A DNA stretch of 64,000 bases, taken from the NCBI GenBank assembly GCA_951406725.2, contig OX597834.1:22816001-22880000 (forward strand), written 5' to 3'. The position numbers were made by a program, and so were the translations under genes. Source of the DNA: Octopus vulgaris. Lineage: Eukaryota. The notes under the pieces are model-generated. The model searched no databases and was not told where the DNA came from. It saw only the letters and a list, made by a program, of their open reading frames with translations. This document shows, piece after piece, positions 1 to 13,200 of this stretch (positions within the stretch are counted from its first letter, which is position 1; the number at the start of each line of letters is the position of its first letter).

Positions 1-395
1 CAAAGTTGGCGGCATGTCCTCCACACCGTACAAATGATGTACTGCTCGCGGTGGCGCTGGAGAGAGTAGAGTTTCAAGGCTTTAAGGCGGTCCCAATAAT
101 CGAGAGCAGCCATGCCTTCAATTAGTTTAGTGAGTGCCCTCTGGGGTGATTCAATCCTCGAGATGTTTTGTCTTGTATGGGGAGACCACAGTGGGCAGCA
201 GTATTTGGTTGTACAAAGGAGGAGAAAAGTGGTATGATGACACCTTGTTCTCTGGACCGGAAGGTTCTTAAGATCCAGGAACTCATCCTACGAGCCATAT
301 CGACCTTATTGTTGATGTGGGCACTCCAACTGAGATTGTCATCAACAATTACGCCCAGGTCTCTGATATTGTTAGAGGCTGTGAGCGGTTCCCCT
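1..395 (-). mobile_element. CR1/Jockey-group LINE ORF2 C-terminal fragment, decayed
   Basis: Translation IRDLGVIVDDNLSWSAHIN...ILRTFRSR is typical of the post-RT region of CR1-like LINEs; frameshifted. Confidence 0.7.
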
Positions 396-480
396 GAATA
401 AGTCCTGGGATCGATTTGTTCGACTAAAGGCGGTGCTCCAGCATGGCCGCAGTCAAATGACCGAAACAAGTAGAAGAGTA
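396..480 (+). mobile_element. 3' fragment of the abundant tRNA-derived SINE
   Basis: Matches the 3' end of the full copy at 26476-26858 (cgactaaaggcggtgctccagcatggccgcagtcaaatga). Confidence 0.75.
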
Positions 481-530
481 AAAATATAATTTTATAAAAA
501 TATTTCCTTCAAACTTAAAAATTAGAGATA

Positions 531-1049
531 TCTATATATATAAAACTGTAGTTGTGTGAGTGTCTGTCTCCTACAATTTAGATTCCTAACTCCTCCCACA
601 TTTTGCGGTGCAGTTTAACCAAATTCGGGTATCTTATAGTCGTGATTAATATCGAGCCCGTCTGGCTATTAGCGCGCGTCTACGATGAGTCTACGATTTT
701 AAAAATAATTTAACATCATTTTTTTTATTCCATTTTAATGCATAATTTTTCGTGTGTCGATGGCGGCGGAGTTGGCGTCCACGCTCAAACACCTGCACCT
801 GTGTTTGCTTCTCCCCCTTCTTCCCTCCCTCGTGAAGCTGTGGGGAAGGGAGTTTAAGGAAATCAACGTCGTAATGCGTTGTCAAGGAGACCAGCGTTCT
901 TTTAGAACAACGACTTCATGGCTTGAAGACACCAAAACAGAAATGGCTAAGAAAGCCCGAATTGGCATCTATAAAGGAAGTAACTCTCTAAAAATGCTTA
1001 TATAGTTATTTCCCTTACAAACCCGAGCAACGCCGGGCGATACTGCTAG
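531..1049 (+). mobile_element. Non-autonomous Helitron
   Basis: 5' TC, 3' CTAG, subterminal hairpin cccgagcaacgccggg, inserted between A and T; related copies at 35895 and 44106. Confidence 0.75.
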
Positions 1050-1667
1050 TCTTGAATAAATTAAAGAATATGAATCTTAAATATACGATCACACATGAAG
1101 TAAAAGTAACGTATTTTATTTTCAGTATTTTTCATTTTCTAACTTTAGAGCATGTGTCTTTACGTATGATGCTAGTCCCTACGGTGATCTTGCTGGCATT
1201 TGTACATATAGTGCCCACCCCTGCCAAATTTGTGTCTTCATAACTTTCCAAAAAATGCATATTTTATGATAAAAATTTCTACAAATATTTTTCAGATGGT
1301 GTAGATTACGATTATTTCGGAATTTAACGTGCAAAAAAAAAAAAAGATAGGAGGAAATAGGTGGGTGTGCTCACATACTAACATATCTCGGAATTTTTTC
1401 GAAGTTTTAAATTTCCTTTTGTAAATGTATATATATGATGTAAACCAGTTTGTATGTCCGCGCACCCAGCAGTCATTGTTTTTCATGCGTAATTTTGATA
1501 TGATCCCAATCGACATCAACTGAAAGGTATTTGTAAAAGAAAAAATTCATGAACAAATCCCAGTTTCTCTGAAAGTTATGAGGAAACAAAATGAAGAACA
1601 TTACCAAAGTCCCTACCCTGTATGCATCACACATAGCCAATCACTAAAACAAGTAGAAGATAAAAGA

Positions 1668-1681
1668 TATCTATCTAGTTC

Positions 1682-1748
<67 letters not shown>

Positions 1749-1918
1749 GCCAGCTATTTTTATATCTATCTATCTACTTATGTCTGTCTGTCTATCTATC
1801 TGTCTGTCTGTCTATCTATCTACCTGTCTGTCTTTCTATTTGCATGTCTGTCTGTCTGTCTACTTACCTATCTGCCTGTGTCTCTGTATGTCTATCTATC
1901 TGTCTTTCTATCTGCATG

Positions 1919-1983
<65 letters not shown>
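1668..1983. repeat. (TATC)n/(TGTC)n microsatellite
   Basis: Directly visible tandem tetranucleotide. Confidence 0.95.
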
Positions 1984-1984
<1 letters not shown>

Positions 1985-2200
1985 GTCATCATCATTTAAT
2001 GTCCGTTTTCCATACTGGGAACTGGCAAGCCAGGAGGTGGCACCAAGCCCCAATCTGATCTGGCAATGTTTCTACACCTAGATGCCCTTCCTAACACCAA
2101 CCACTCCAAGAGTGTAGTGGGTGCTTTTTACATGCCCCCAGCACGGGAGCCAGTCGGGGCTGGTATGGGGAGCCAGTCACATGGCACTGGGATCGGCCAC
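1984..2200 (-). mobile_element. Interspersed retro-repeat with (GAT)n tail
   Basis: catcatcatttaatgtccgttttccat end is shared with copies near 13330, 20855, 47480, 52520 and 59900. Confidence 0.55.
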
Positions 2201-2235
2201 AACTACAGTTTCCATACACCCTCCCACCCACACAC

Positions 2236-2266
<31 letters not shown>

Positions 2267-2473
2267 CATACATACATGTATGCATATGTATATCAATTCA
2301 TAAATCTGACAAGACCTGTAACACTGCCACTTGAAGACAAGACTTATATGCTCTGTTTGCAATGCAAAATTTCAAACAACCCTCAAGACTTGAAAGCCAC
2401 TTATGTGCTTATGCATGGAATAAATGCACATCTAACAAGAAGTGGGCAAGCTTTGAATAGGGGCAGACCACCT

Positions 2474-2727
2474 ATACATACATACATACATACATACATA
2501 CATACATACACACACACACATACATACATACATACATACATACACACACACACATACATACATACATACATACATACATACATACATACATACATACATA
2601 CATACACACACCACACACATACATACATACATACATACATACATACATACATACATACATACATACATACATACATACATACATACATACATACATACAG
2701 ATAGATAGATAGATAGATAGATAGATG
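2474..2727. repeat. (TACA)n plus (GATA)n microsatellite
   Basis: Directly visible. Confidence 0.95.
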
Positions 2728-2834
2728 TATATATATATATGTAATAGATGTATTACATGAAGCTTTTCACAAGCAAGCTGTTCTGTTAATCATCTCAGCT
2801 GGGACCCTCGTCGTTGTAACCGACAGAGTGTTCC

Positions 2835-2840
2835 ATATAT

Positions 2841-2927
<87 letters not shown>
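2835..2927. repeat. (TA)n microsatellite
   Basis: Directly visible. Confidence 0.95.
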
Positions 2928-2930
<3 letters not shown>

Positions 2931-3269
2931 TATGCTTTTGCTTAGGCATAGTGATACAAATAACCTGTTGTTGGAACCCTCTATTTGCTTCAGAATAAAG
3001 CACTGGATTAGTAGAGAGCATAATAGGATTAATTCTATGACAAGTGAACTGGAATGATGTAATTAACTTCATTTGTTAACAGCTGTTTCTGTTATAAGAA
3101 GCAGGGCGCTTAGCCCTGCACGCTTGTGCACCATCCTTCCTGGAGCCTATGAACGATGAAAAAGCACTGTTGTCAGTGCACTGCTTCTTACTGCTTCTTA
3201 TTGCAGAAACTTCTCCAAAAACTGGCTACCTTGTGGCAAAATTTGAAATAATTATCATTATTATTTATT

Positions 3270-3490
3270 AAGGTGGCGAGCTGGCAGAATTGTTAGCACG
3301 GTGGATGAAATGCTTAGCAGTGTTACACTCATTGCTTTGTTCTGAGTTCAAATTGCGCCGAGGTCAACTTTACCTTTCATCCTTTCGGGGTCGATAAATT
3401 AAGTACCAGTTGAGTACTTGGGGTCGATGTAATCGACTATCCCCATCCACCAATTCCATGCCTTGTGTCTATTATAGAAAGGATTATCAT
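3270..3490 (+). mobile_element. tRNA-derived SINE, second family
   Basis: A/B-box-like head (tggcagaattg, gagttcaaat) and core tttcatcctttcggggtcgataaattaagtaccag; fragments also near 13620-13760, 33715-33850 and 57815-57910. Confidence 0.65.
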
Positions 3491-4174
3491 CATCATCATC
3501 AGCGTCAGCAGCAGCATCTACAGAACAAAATATTGTGCCTCTCTTCTTCCCTGTAACTCCCATGGTACAGCCACCTGTCCCACAGCAGCAAACATCACTT
3601 TATTAAGTAAGATTAATCGAACATACTGTAAGCTTAAGGTACTAATAACATTTCATATATATTACAGGATTTGTATTGATTACGGACAAAAAAATATGTT
3701 TATATTACATTTCTAATGTCGTTTGATATTTTTTTTAAATAATTTCAAATAAGTTTCTAATTTAAGTACAAAACCAGAAACTTTTGAGGAGAGGGGATAC
3801 TTAATATCATTGATTGCAGTGATTGACTGATAATTTATTTTTTCAACCCGCAAAAGTGATAATAAAACACGTTCGCCAATTTCTGGTATTTGACGTTTTA
3901 TTCGGTTCATATAGGTGAGTTAGAGTTACCTCCCCTATACTGATTTCGTTTTCTCTTTCGAATGTTTTGGCACGTAACTTGAAAAGTTGTTAGGATGTAG
4001 GAAGTGAGACACGAGATCTAAAGTTTTGTGTAGGGATTTTAAAAATAAATGTTATACGGCAAAATGAAGGAAAGACAGGAAGGTAGATGCGCTAGAATAG
4101 TTATATACCAGTCTTACACCTATTATGTTCGGGAGTACGGAGAATCTTGCCTTTCACAATATAGAAACATTTCT

Positions 4175-4590
4175 CATTGGTACCAATTGACAAAATGGGA
4201 AAGTCGTTGCCTCGGATGAAAGAGAGGGAGGTGCGCTGAAACAGCCACTCTGAATTGTGAGGCACGCATTCACAGACAGCAGTCTCTGCCCCGATAGTAG
4301 TGAACAGAGATATGGTCCAGGGACCAAGATCGCTGGAGGTCTCAACTAGCGATCGATAACATGACATTTTTTTTTTCTCAGCTTGACTAGCAACGGAGCA
4401 GGGACTGGTGGCTAACAACACTAAGTTGCGGCTGGAGACGTGTCACAGCATGTGACCTCCCAGATAAGCGGCCCACCATAATGGTACGGGAAAATTGTCA
4501 TACCGTCCAGCCGTCTCCCATTGTAGTCCTACGGCCTCGAGTTGAGATGGGAAGCCTGCAGTGTCTAGGCGAGGTGTTAGATACTGACCG
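4175..4590 (-). mobile_element. CRE-clade non-LTR retrotransposon, restriction-like endonuclease domain fragment
   Basis: Frameshifted motifs DGMTIFP, WEVTCCDT, AEKKKMSCY, VETS..LGP, WLFQRTSL..IRGN. Confidence 0.65.
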
Positions 4591-4905
4591 AAATGGTAAC
4601 ACTTACTTTCTTCCCTTTCCCTTCAGCTCACTGAATTGCGAACTTTATTAAAGAAAACTTCTGCTTAAAATTGTGTTACAGCATTGCTTTAATCATAATG
4701 GCTAAAACAGACCGCTGGTTTTGCATTCAAATTTAAACTCTGAGTCGGTTTTAGGGTTGTTAAGAATGTTTGAATTGTGAGATTATATGTTCAACTATTT
4801 CAGGTTAGAAAATTGACTGGACGTCTTATAGTTATTGATAAGTGAGAATAAGTTACAATTAAATGGAAGAAATTATAAATGTAAAAATAATACTTCTGAT
4901 TATAT

Positions 4906-5985
4906 ATGGGCCCCAAATATGCGAACCTGTTCGTTGGCTACGTTGAGGCCCAAATATTGTCAAGTTTCACTGGTCCCACTCCCGAACTATACGGTCGTTA
5001 TATTGACGACTGTATCGGTGCGACCTCACTTTCCCGCAAACATCTAGACTCCTTCCTCTTTTTTGTCAAATCTTTCCATCCTGCCCTCCACTTTCCCTGC
5101 ACTATTTCCGACACTTCAGTCGCCTTTCTCGACATTTCGGTCAGCATTCATCTCTACACTCTCACCACCTCCATCCACTACAAACACACAGACTCACATT
5201 CATACCTCAACTTCTCCTCCCCCACCCTAAACACACCAAGCTCTCCATCTCCTATTCCCAACTCCTCTGTCCACGCAGGCTCTGCAGTGACCATGACTTT
5301 GAGACTCAGTCTCAACTCATGGCTTACCACCATCCACACCGCCGTTACCAGAGCACTTCCGTGAAACGTGCATCCGCTCTCTACCCCCGCCCCACCGTCA
5401 CTCATCTCCCGTTTCTTCCTCACCTATCTCCCCACCATCCTACCTCTCCAACGCACCATTCTCCGAGCCTTCCGGCGACTCCAGTCCAAACCCTTCACTT
5501 CGCACATCTTCCTTAACCGACCTCTCCCCTCCGTGAAACGAGCCCGCAACCTACGAGACCTCTTGATCCACAGCTTCTTCCCTAATGCAACCTCCCAACC
5601 CAGCTCGTTCCCCTGCTCCCGCCCAGGCTTCCACACTTGCCCCTATCTCTCCAACACCACCCTCCTCACAGGCACCCACCATCGACCCTATCATATCACT
5701 GACTCCTTCACCTGCACTTCCAGCAACGTCATCTACTGTATCTACTGCTCTCTCTGTCCTTCTCTATACATCGGTCAAACGGGACGCCGCTTGACTGACT
5801 GGTTCGCGGAACACCTCCGAGACATCAGACTCGGCAACGACATCCCGGTCTTGCGCCATTTCCGCTCTACCGGTCATTGTTTAAAACACCTTTCTCTGTT
5901 CGGGTTATCCTTGCACAGGGGCCATCCGAACTCCCGTCTTCATCACGAACAGAGATTAATCTTCTCTTCGCTCCTTTGCGCCATA
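4906..5985 (+). mobile_element. Penelope-like element (RT C-terminal half plus GIY-YIG endonuclease), decayed
   Basis: MGPKYANLFV, RYIDD, FLDI, YKHTDSHSYL, then CTSSNVIYCIYC..C..LYIGQTGR; broken by frameshifts. Confidence 0.85.
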
Positions 5986-6411
5986 TGGGCTCAACTCTGC
6001 TCCCCTCTTCATCTAACCCTCCTCCACTCTCCTCTCTTACCTACTTCCTCCCACCCACCTCTCCTCTCTTGCCATGATACCTATTTCCCCTCTTCTTTCC
6101 TATCCACCTTCTCCCTTGCACCCTCTCCTTTCATCGACACCCCCTCCCTCGTTACCCCACTCCTATACATTCCAACCCCACTGTCCCTCTACATCTTATC
6201 CCACTCCACTCTATCCCTTACACCCCAGCATTGCTTCCCCACACCCCAACACCACCATACCACACCACCCCGTATGTTCACGTTTGCATTTGAAGTAAAA
6301 TTGGCTATAGTAGTTCAGGTTAAGGTTAGGACTCTGAGAACAATAGAAACTAACTTAATCCTTCAGTAGTCCAGAAATAGCACTTAGATCTCTCTTCAAA
6401 TACCCTACAGA

Positions 6412-6703
6412 GATTATCCGACAAGTCATCCTAACGAGACGTCTGCTTTGGCCGGGTCATGCCCTCCGTCGTCAACCAGGAGAATTCATCTACGAAGCAA
6501 TTTCCCCAGCTCCCCTTCAGGGTTGGCGAAAGCGATGTGGTGGACAACGAAAAACCTGGAATAAGGAGTGGTTGGAGATCACGCGGTGGTTAGCCTCAAA
6601 TCGCCAGGATTGGTCGGCGTTTGTGAGTGATGCAGCATCGAGGATGAATGAAGCCAGCTCAACCCACCCCGGGTGAATGCTGTCTCAAGACAAGAAGACA
6701 AGA
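6412..6703 (+). mobile_element. RTE-type LINE 3' end fragment
   Basis: RRLLW.GHALR-like C-terminus followed by a short tandem (caaga) tail. Confidence 0.55.
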
Positions 6704-7029
6704 CAGAGATTATTAAAAAGGGGAGGAAGAACACAAATAATGTAACACTAAATACCTGTAAAAAGAGGTACGTTCACAGTTGGAGTTGACCTAGAGCTGA
6801 ACATCATCTGAATGGAAACTTAATGTCTTTTCTTATGACGCTCCGAGACAATTATTTTTAAAATACATGAATAAGAGAATATTTTTTTAAAAATTAAATG
6901 CTCCCTGTATACTTCATTTGAATATATCAACCGAATTTTGAAGTTTTTTTTTTAATGAAAAAAAGATATTTCAGAGTTCCTCTCTTAAAAAAACCCCTGA
7001 ATTTCTAACATTCTGTCAAAATTGTTGTA

Positions 7030-7918
7030 CAGTACCATACAAAAGTTTTCTGGGCCTGTTAGAGTCATCTCCATACTTAATCATTATATTTTGTAGTAGG
7101 GGTTCTGAATGAGAGGGAAAGATGCGAGACGACCACCAAAACTAGCCGTGCAAATTTTCGGCCACCTCACATAAACCAATCAAGATGTAGAGTTTTAAGA
7201 CAGAAAAATTTCTACAATGAAAAATTATTTCATAATGTCCACTTCAAGAAGTTACTGTACATTGTTAATATTTCGTGTGGCTTCCCTTAGTTTGAACAAT
7301 TGCTTCAATGTGCCTAGGGAGAGATGCGTTTAAATCCTTCACCATCTTCACAGATATGCGATGCCATTCTCTGTGGCTGAGCCCGCATAACTTTTCTAGA
7401 TTGCGTGGTTTCCTCTGACGAACTCTTCACTAGTTCTGTCCACCTTTAATCGATGATATTTTAGTCAGGACTCTGAGCTGGCTCATCTCCCAATACGATA
7501 ACACCATCAGCCAGACTCTGTTGTGCTGCATATGATCTGTAATATGGAGGTCCGTCGTGCTGAAAAATCTCACCTTCATCCAAGTCTGGTATCAAATTGT
7601 CCTTCAGCAACTGGATTATATTTGGCACTATTCAAGTTACCATCAATTTTAACTAACTTTCTTGAACCATCACTTTTTATGTATCCCCAAAGCATCAGAC
7701 TCTTACCCCCCAAACTTCACTGTTTTCGTTATGTAACGTGGGTCCTTTCGTTTTCTAATAAGCAAAAATTTATCAGAAAGCCTCCAGAAAAATGAATGTG
7801 AGGTGGCCGAAAACTTTTGCACGGCTACTTTTGGTGGTCAGCTCACATCCTCCCCTCTCATTCAGAACCCCTACTACAAAATATAATGATTAGGCATGGA
7901 AATGACTCCAGTAGGGCC
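7030..7918 (-). mobile_element. Decayed Tc1-family transposon with long TIRs
   Basis: TA|CAGT left end; ~120-bp inverted repeats at 7052-7172 and 7796-7918; minus-strand remnants KTVKFGGKSLMLWG, PAQSPD and SLPRHIEAIVQTKGSHTKY. Confidence 0.8.
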
Positions 7919-8583
7919 AATGTTTCATATGTAAAAAAAAGCGCAATTCGTAACATTACTTATAAGTTGGTAATTAGTGGAAATTTACAATAGTTTAAAA
8001 TAACCGAAGACTTTTGAACGGTTTTGTACTTAGCTAGTTTTCAATTAAAAATATTAAAAAAAATTATTTCAAATTATAGCTTCAGAATCAATAAAAATAA
8101 AATAAAGATATTGAATTCCTTTTGAAAAATTGTGTTGAATGTTTAGTTTTTGTAATCTGACATTAAAAAAAAAACTTATTTTTCTCTTCGTGCAGTGTTT
8201 CAATGACAACTAAATAAACGAATTCACCATTGCTTCTGTGTGTTATAGGAGGCAAAGTGAACAAGCTTTTTAGAAGTGAAATGACAATAATTTTCATATC
8301 TTTTCTGGCTATATAGCAAGATATAAAGTTATTCTTGTTTATTCAATGCAAAAATATTCATCTTTATTCTTGAAAATAAACAAAGAATTAATTTTCCTGA
8401 CAATACCCCATCAGGAAAGTAAGTAATAGGTCGAAAGAGAAAGCTTTAAAATAACATCAAATCGGTTTAGAAGGCAAAACAGACTGAAATAATTGAGAGA
8501 AATGTGTACTGTTGAATTTGTGATAAATAAAAACGTGTCAGTTATCGTAAATTTTAAGAAAATCAAATTTATTCGAGATGGGT

Positions 8584-8675
8584 AAACACATAAAATATCA
8601 GAAAATCGAAGCGGTTAGTGTTCCTGGCTTGTGAAATGAGTGTCGTCTACTACGTCGGTGCCTCCACTATAAATA
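8584..8675 (+). promoter_or_regulatory. Histone H1 promoter: H1/AC box (AAACACA, 8584-8590) and TATA box (TATAAATA, 8668-8675)
   Basis: Motifs seen directly, in the usual order upstream of the H1 ATG. Confidence 0.65.
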
Positions 8676-8762
8676 CGGCTGACTTTCCTCGAAGCGGGCA
8701 TTAACGCAAATCGGTGTTGTTGATACAAGTCATTTTACTGCAATTGATATCAATTAATCATC

Positions 8763-9311
8763 ATGAGCGACTCTACTAAACCAGCCAAAGACACTACTAA
8801 ACCGGCCAAAGCCAAGTCTACTAAGCCTAAGGCTCCTCCTAGCCATCCCAAATACAGCGAGATGGTTGCCAGCGCTATCAAATCCCAGAATCAAAAAGGT
8901 GGTTCGTCTAAAGCTGCTATCATGAAGTACATTACCGCCAATTACAAAGTTGGAAACAATACTTCCCGGATCAACGGTAACATCAAACTTACTCTGAGAC
9001 AAGGTGTTCTGAAGCGCACTCTTGCTCAAACTAAAGGTGTTGGTGCCAGCGGTTCTTTCAAACTCCGCAAGGCTGAAGCCAAAGCTGACAAGAAACAGAA
9101 GAAGGTGAAGAAGCCCGCCAAGGTCAGCAAAAAGCCTGCTAAGAAGACCAAAGCGGCGAAACCTAAGAAAGCTGCATCAAAGTCTGCCAAACCCGCTAAA
9201 GCCAGGGTAGTCAAGCCCAAAAAGGCTGGCGCCAAGAAGGCAGTGAAGAAGGTAGCGAAGAAGCAGAAACCCGTCAAGAAACCAACTACAAAGAAAGCTT
9301 CCAAAAAGTAA
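8763..9311 (+). CDS. H1: Histone H1 (linker histone), intronless, 182 aa
   Basis: Globular domain HPKYSEMV..AI...GGSSKAAIMKYI...QTKGVGASGSFKL and a Lys/Ala/Pro-rich tail. Confidence 0.97.
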   Translation: MSDSTKPAKDTTKPAKAKSTKPKAPPSHPKYSEMVASAIKSQNQKGGSSKAAIMKYITANYKVGNNTSRINGNIKLTLRQGVLKRTLAQTKGVGASGSFKLRKAEAKADKKQKKVKKPAKVSKKPAKKTKAAKPKKAASKSAKPAKARVVKPKKAGAKKAVKKVAKKQKPVKKPTTKKASKK

Positions 9312-9335
9312 ATTATTTTTGAAAAGCTTTTAAAG

Positions 9336-9351
9336 GGCCCTTTTTAGGGCC
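9336..9351 (+). terminator. Histone 3' stem-loop (SLBP site)
   Basis: GGCCCT-TTTT-AGGGCC, ~25 nt after the H1 stop. Confidence 0.9.
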
Positions 9352-9548
9352 ATCAACAAGTTTTGATCGTATATGAATCGACTTCAATACGCGATTTTGT
9401 GTGAGTTCGTTTTTTTAGATCAATCGTTAAGTATAACGGTTTCGTGGAGAAATGGCGGCAAGGGCCTTTAAAACTTTTCGTTGGTTATCCCTAAGGTTTG
9501 CAAGAATTTTTTATTAGTACCTTGTATTTGAGGATGGAAGGCTAGACG

Positions 9549-10275
9549 AAAGCTACCAAAAAGTAAATGATTTTTGAGAAGCTTTTAAAGGGCCATGAAC
9601 TAATTTTGATTGTTTATGAATCGACTTCAATACGCGATTTTGTATGAGCTCGTTTTTTTAGATCATTCTTCCGTATTGTCTTGGATAATCGTTAGCTATA
9701 ATGGTTTTTGTGGGGAAATGGCGACAAGGCCCATGGAAGCTTTTCGTTGGTCATCCCTAAGGTTTGCCAAATATTTTTGAATATCCTATATTTGTGGTTG
9801 GAAGGCGAGATGAAAGAAGACCCCAAGTTAGTTTTACTCTTTTATAATACAAAATCGATAGTTTCATAACTGAATACATATACGATGGCTATGAGGGAGT
9901 TATTGCACTACGACTGAAAAAAGATCATTTTTATCCACATAATCGCTTATCTACATTTTAGAAAACGTATTTTTGCGAAATTCTATTTAAGGCCTTGGCA
10001 ATAACTGCATTTAGATGCACCAGTATCTTTGCCGCTTAACTTGAAACGTTTTCGAAATAGATGTTTAAAAATTTGCAGTGAGTTTCGAACCATCTTTTTA
10101 TTACCATTTTCCGTAAATTTAGCATTTCTTTGAAGATCTTTTAGACACCTGTTCAAATAGTTTAATTTGCATGTGCAATATGTTACTAAATGGGTGAGGG
10201 GGTAGGGACTAGGGTGAAGTTTTTGGTTCACTAAATACATACAACCCTGATCGGCGGGTAACATTTCCATTTTTT
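9549..10275 (+). repeat. Remnant of a second H1 3' end and flank with the stem-loop deleted; paralogous to 16444-17300
   Basis: aaagctaccaaaaagtaa...taaagggccatg repeats 9297-9548 without the hairpin and is near-identical to 16446 onward. Confidence 0.85.
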
Positions 10276-12404
10276 ATACACTTGACGTATTCGCAAGGTG
10301 TCTGTAGTTCACATGACTGAATATTTGTGCTTAGAAGGAAAAATTCGTCAACGCCTTCGAAATATGTTCTATTTTATTTAAAAATTGCTTTATTAAAAGA
10401 AAGGGCACTAAACTGACAATCCCTGTCTGGTTGAAATTATCAGTGGAGCATTAAGCCATAGAATTGGCCTGAAAAGTAAACGCAGTGACCCCACACTCAA
10501 GTTTTTGAAGTGGTTTTCGTTTTATCATCGTGTAACCTGTTAACCTGCCACTCGGTCTGCTAGAAACAGCAGCACAACTTCCTTCAAATTACTAACAATT
10601 TTACCTACATTCGATGGTCATGGCAAGATAGGTTTGACCAATGAGGCTGACCTAAACATGTCTCGCAGTTTCATTTGTCGTGAGTGAATTTTCTATTTTC
10701 AATAACAAATTATTATAATCTTATCTGCAAGGCAGGCGACATACCTACAAGTCTAGGAATCTTGCCCGCCTTTTTTGACACTGGTTACCAACCACTCACA
10801 AATTCCGGCTGTTGCTGGCGGATTTGTATTTTAAGCGGGAAGTGGGCCTCTTAGATGTTTAGTTATATTAATGCATGTTTTTTTAAAAATTTTGCTGAGG
10901 TACGTTTCCAAGAGTGTAGAGTATGCTGGTGAAGTCTTGTCCTCATTTACATTTTAAGCCAGTAATGGGCAGCATTTTTTCGAAAAGTGTGCTGCATGAG
11001 ATATGGTTCCTCATCAGAACAGCCAAACTATAAAAGAATGAAAGGTAATTTTTCGTTGCTTGCTATTCAGAAAGTCCTACGGACTGCAGTTTGCTCATAA
11101 CAGTTCTAAGCTCGACAACGTAAAGTGTACTAGCCATCTCAATGTGGCTAGCTGTTATCAAAATAAAAAAAAGTCGGCTAAAATCAGCAGCTCATCTCCC
11201 TTCAAATTGCAATTCTATTTGTATTCGATGATAGCTTAGAATAGATTTGACCAAAGGGACTGACCAGAGATCTGAATGTCTCGGTTGTGAATTCTCTGCA
11301 AATTATAACTCCGATCTGAGATAACAGATCGATACAACTAAAGTTTAGTGCCTCCAGCGACTTTGCTTCATCATTTGCTGACAAATGCATGTATTTTTTA
11401 AACTAAATTTTACAGGGTGTAGATTTTTGAAAAAAAGCTATCTGAAATGAGTTCTGGATCATTATTTCTTTTCCTAGTCCCTGACTTCGTTAATCACCGT
11501 TTTCGTAAATGCAGCATTTTCCCATCTAATTCAGTTTTGCTTGAAATATTGTGTAATTTACGCTTTTCGAGATGCTTTTGTAACTGAGTACTTTTACAAG
11601 TGCAAGTTAATAAAGAGAAAAAAAGATTCATTAACATGTTCGTGATAAACACATACAAAAACATTTGTGTGAATTTCCACTAGAAAATACATACTATTAA
11701 AATTGTGAGATAACTGGTGGCACTAAACTGTTGTTATACTATTATTCTACTTATGAAAAGGCATGGATTGTTTTCTAAATAATAGGGGGGAAATATCGTA
11801 TCTCAACATCGCAACGTAGACCCATGAAAACATTTCTAGAAATTTTCCATTTGAATATATACATTGATAAAGTTATTCGGGAACGTAGCTCGTGGGGCAC
11901 TGAAATGTATTTATAACGATGAGTACTGTAAAAAAAAAAGTTGTGAACATAAAGCAACAGGTATCCTCCTGTTTTAAGATCGCTTTCAACCTGTTTAAAT
12001 TTACCACCCGGGGATTCAAGTATCTCTTATTTAATAGATTAAATGCTGTAAGTTCAGGGTTTTTTCCCTACCCGATACAATAGTAATGTGTAGTGATATT
12101 TATTTCTTCAATTTATAAAATTGCTATGGTCCTATCGAACGAAATTTAGTCTTGTTTCTACTAGAATGCAGGACAAGGTTGAGTTCTTGTTACTGTGTGC
12201 CAATTACGATTAAAAATGTTACTATTTGAATAATGTAACAGAAAAAAAAAAAACGACCGCCAAATTCAATCGGTTATTTTCCCACGTTATTGAAAAGAAA
12301 ACCTTGTTGGGTGGGAAATGAAATTCGCGCCGAACAATAAACTTTCTCATTGTCGTTTTGCTAACGAAGACGGTTTTGCTACTGAGTCTAAATTAAAACA
12401 TTGA

Positions 12405-12955
12405 AATATTTAATGCATTTAAGTACTGTGTGAGTTAAAAGTAGAATAGTTAATTCATTCAAGGACGAGACATTTAAAATGGAGGTGGAGGTACCTCCTT
12501 TGTATATGGGACAGTCATCCTTTTGGATAAATCTCCCATATACCTTAACGGGAAAAGTTTAGGAACAAAGAACACATACATTAAAAATTGAAATTTGAAA
12601 AATATTCTCTATTTTATTCTTTTCAGAATTGTAATCTCTCTTCGAATATTAAGAAATAAAAAAAGTTAACTCATTTGAACTCGAATATAAACAATCAATG
12701 TCTGACAGTTCACGCTGTGGTCACCAACGAAGAGATTTTATAATTGCTTGTGTAAATTAACCTGCGTTTAAATACCGTAAGAACAGTTTGTCTAATCAAG
12801 ATTGAGATATTTAAAGTAAAGGGGAATTTCAAATTAAGAGTGCCATATTCGAAGGGAACGAAGGGGAAAATATGATCTCCAGAAATATTTTTTTTTAAAT
12901 GAAAAGAAAAAAAAAACTTATTCAAACGAGATTGAATAAGCTCTTTTCCATTTTA
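12405..12955 (+). repeat. Local segmental duplication block, paralogous to 17982-18525
   Basis: Long colinear match from tttaatgcatttaagtac to aacgagattgaataagct. Confidence 0.85.
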
Positions 12956-13200
12956 TTTTAATGCTAACACAATTAGTACTAATTTGTTGGCCTAATTTTT
13001 GCATTTTCGTTGTCAATGATGGGATTTATCTGTCAGTAAATTTGCATTTAAATATCGTGAGAATGAAAATCATTCTCACGATATTTAAAGACAAAGCAAA
13101 CACCTTATTCAAGAGCGAAGGGAATTTAGAATAAGGTGGGTGGATATAGAAGAGCCCTTACCCTAAGGAAAACGTTAGGAAACAAAGGGCAAAAATATTT

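Noticed and set aside
1578-3072. Long ORFs such as YLSIYLSI, HTYIHTYI and MYVCMYVC
   Set aside because: Translations of stop-free microsatellites
5368-6369. 333-aa ORF as a host gene
   Set aside because: Penelope endonuclease remnant running into pyrimidine-rich low-complexity sequence; non-ATG start
8754-9304. Antisense ORFs over H1, and plus-strand ORFs over the ZNF genes
   Set aside because: Shadow frames of biased or repetitive coding sequence
10745-12335. Possible decayed minus-strand exon with E2F/CHR-like motifs near 12255-12335
   Set aside because: Frames are broken by stops and match no family I recognise; the short motifs could be chance. A tBLASTx search would be needed
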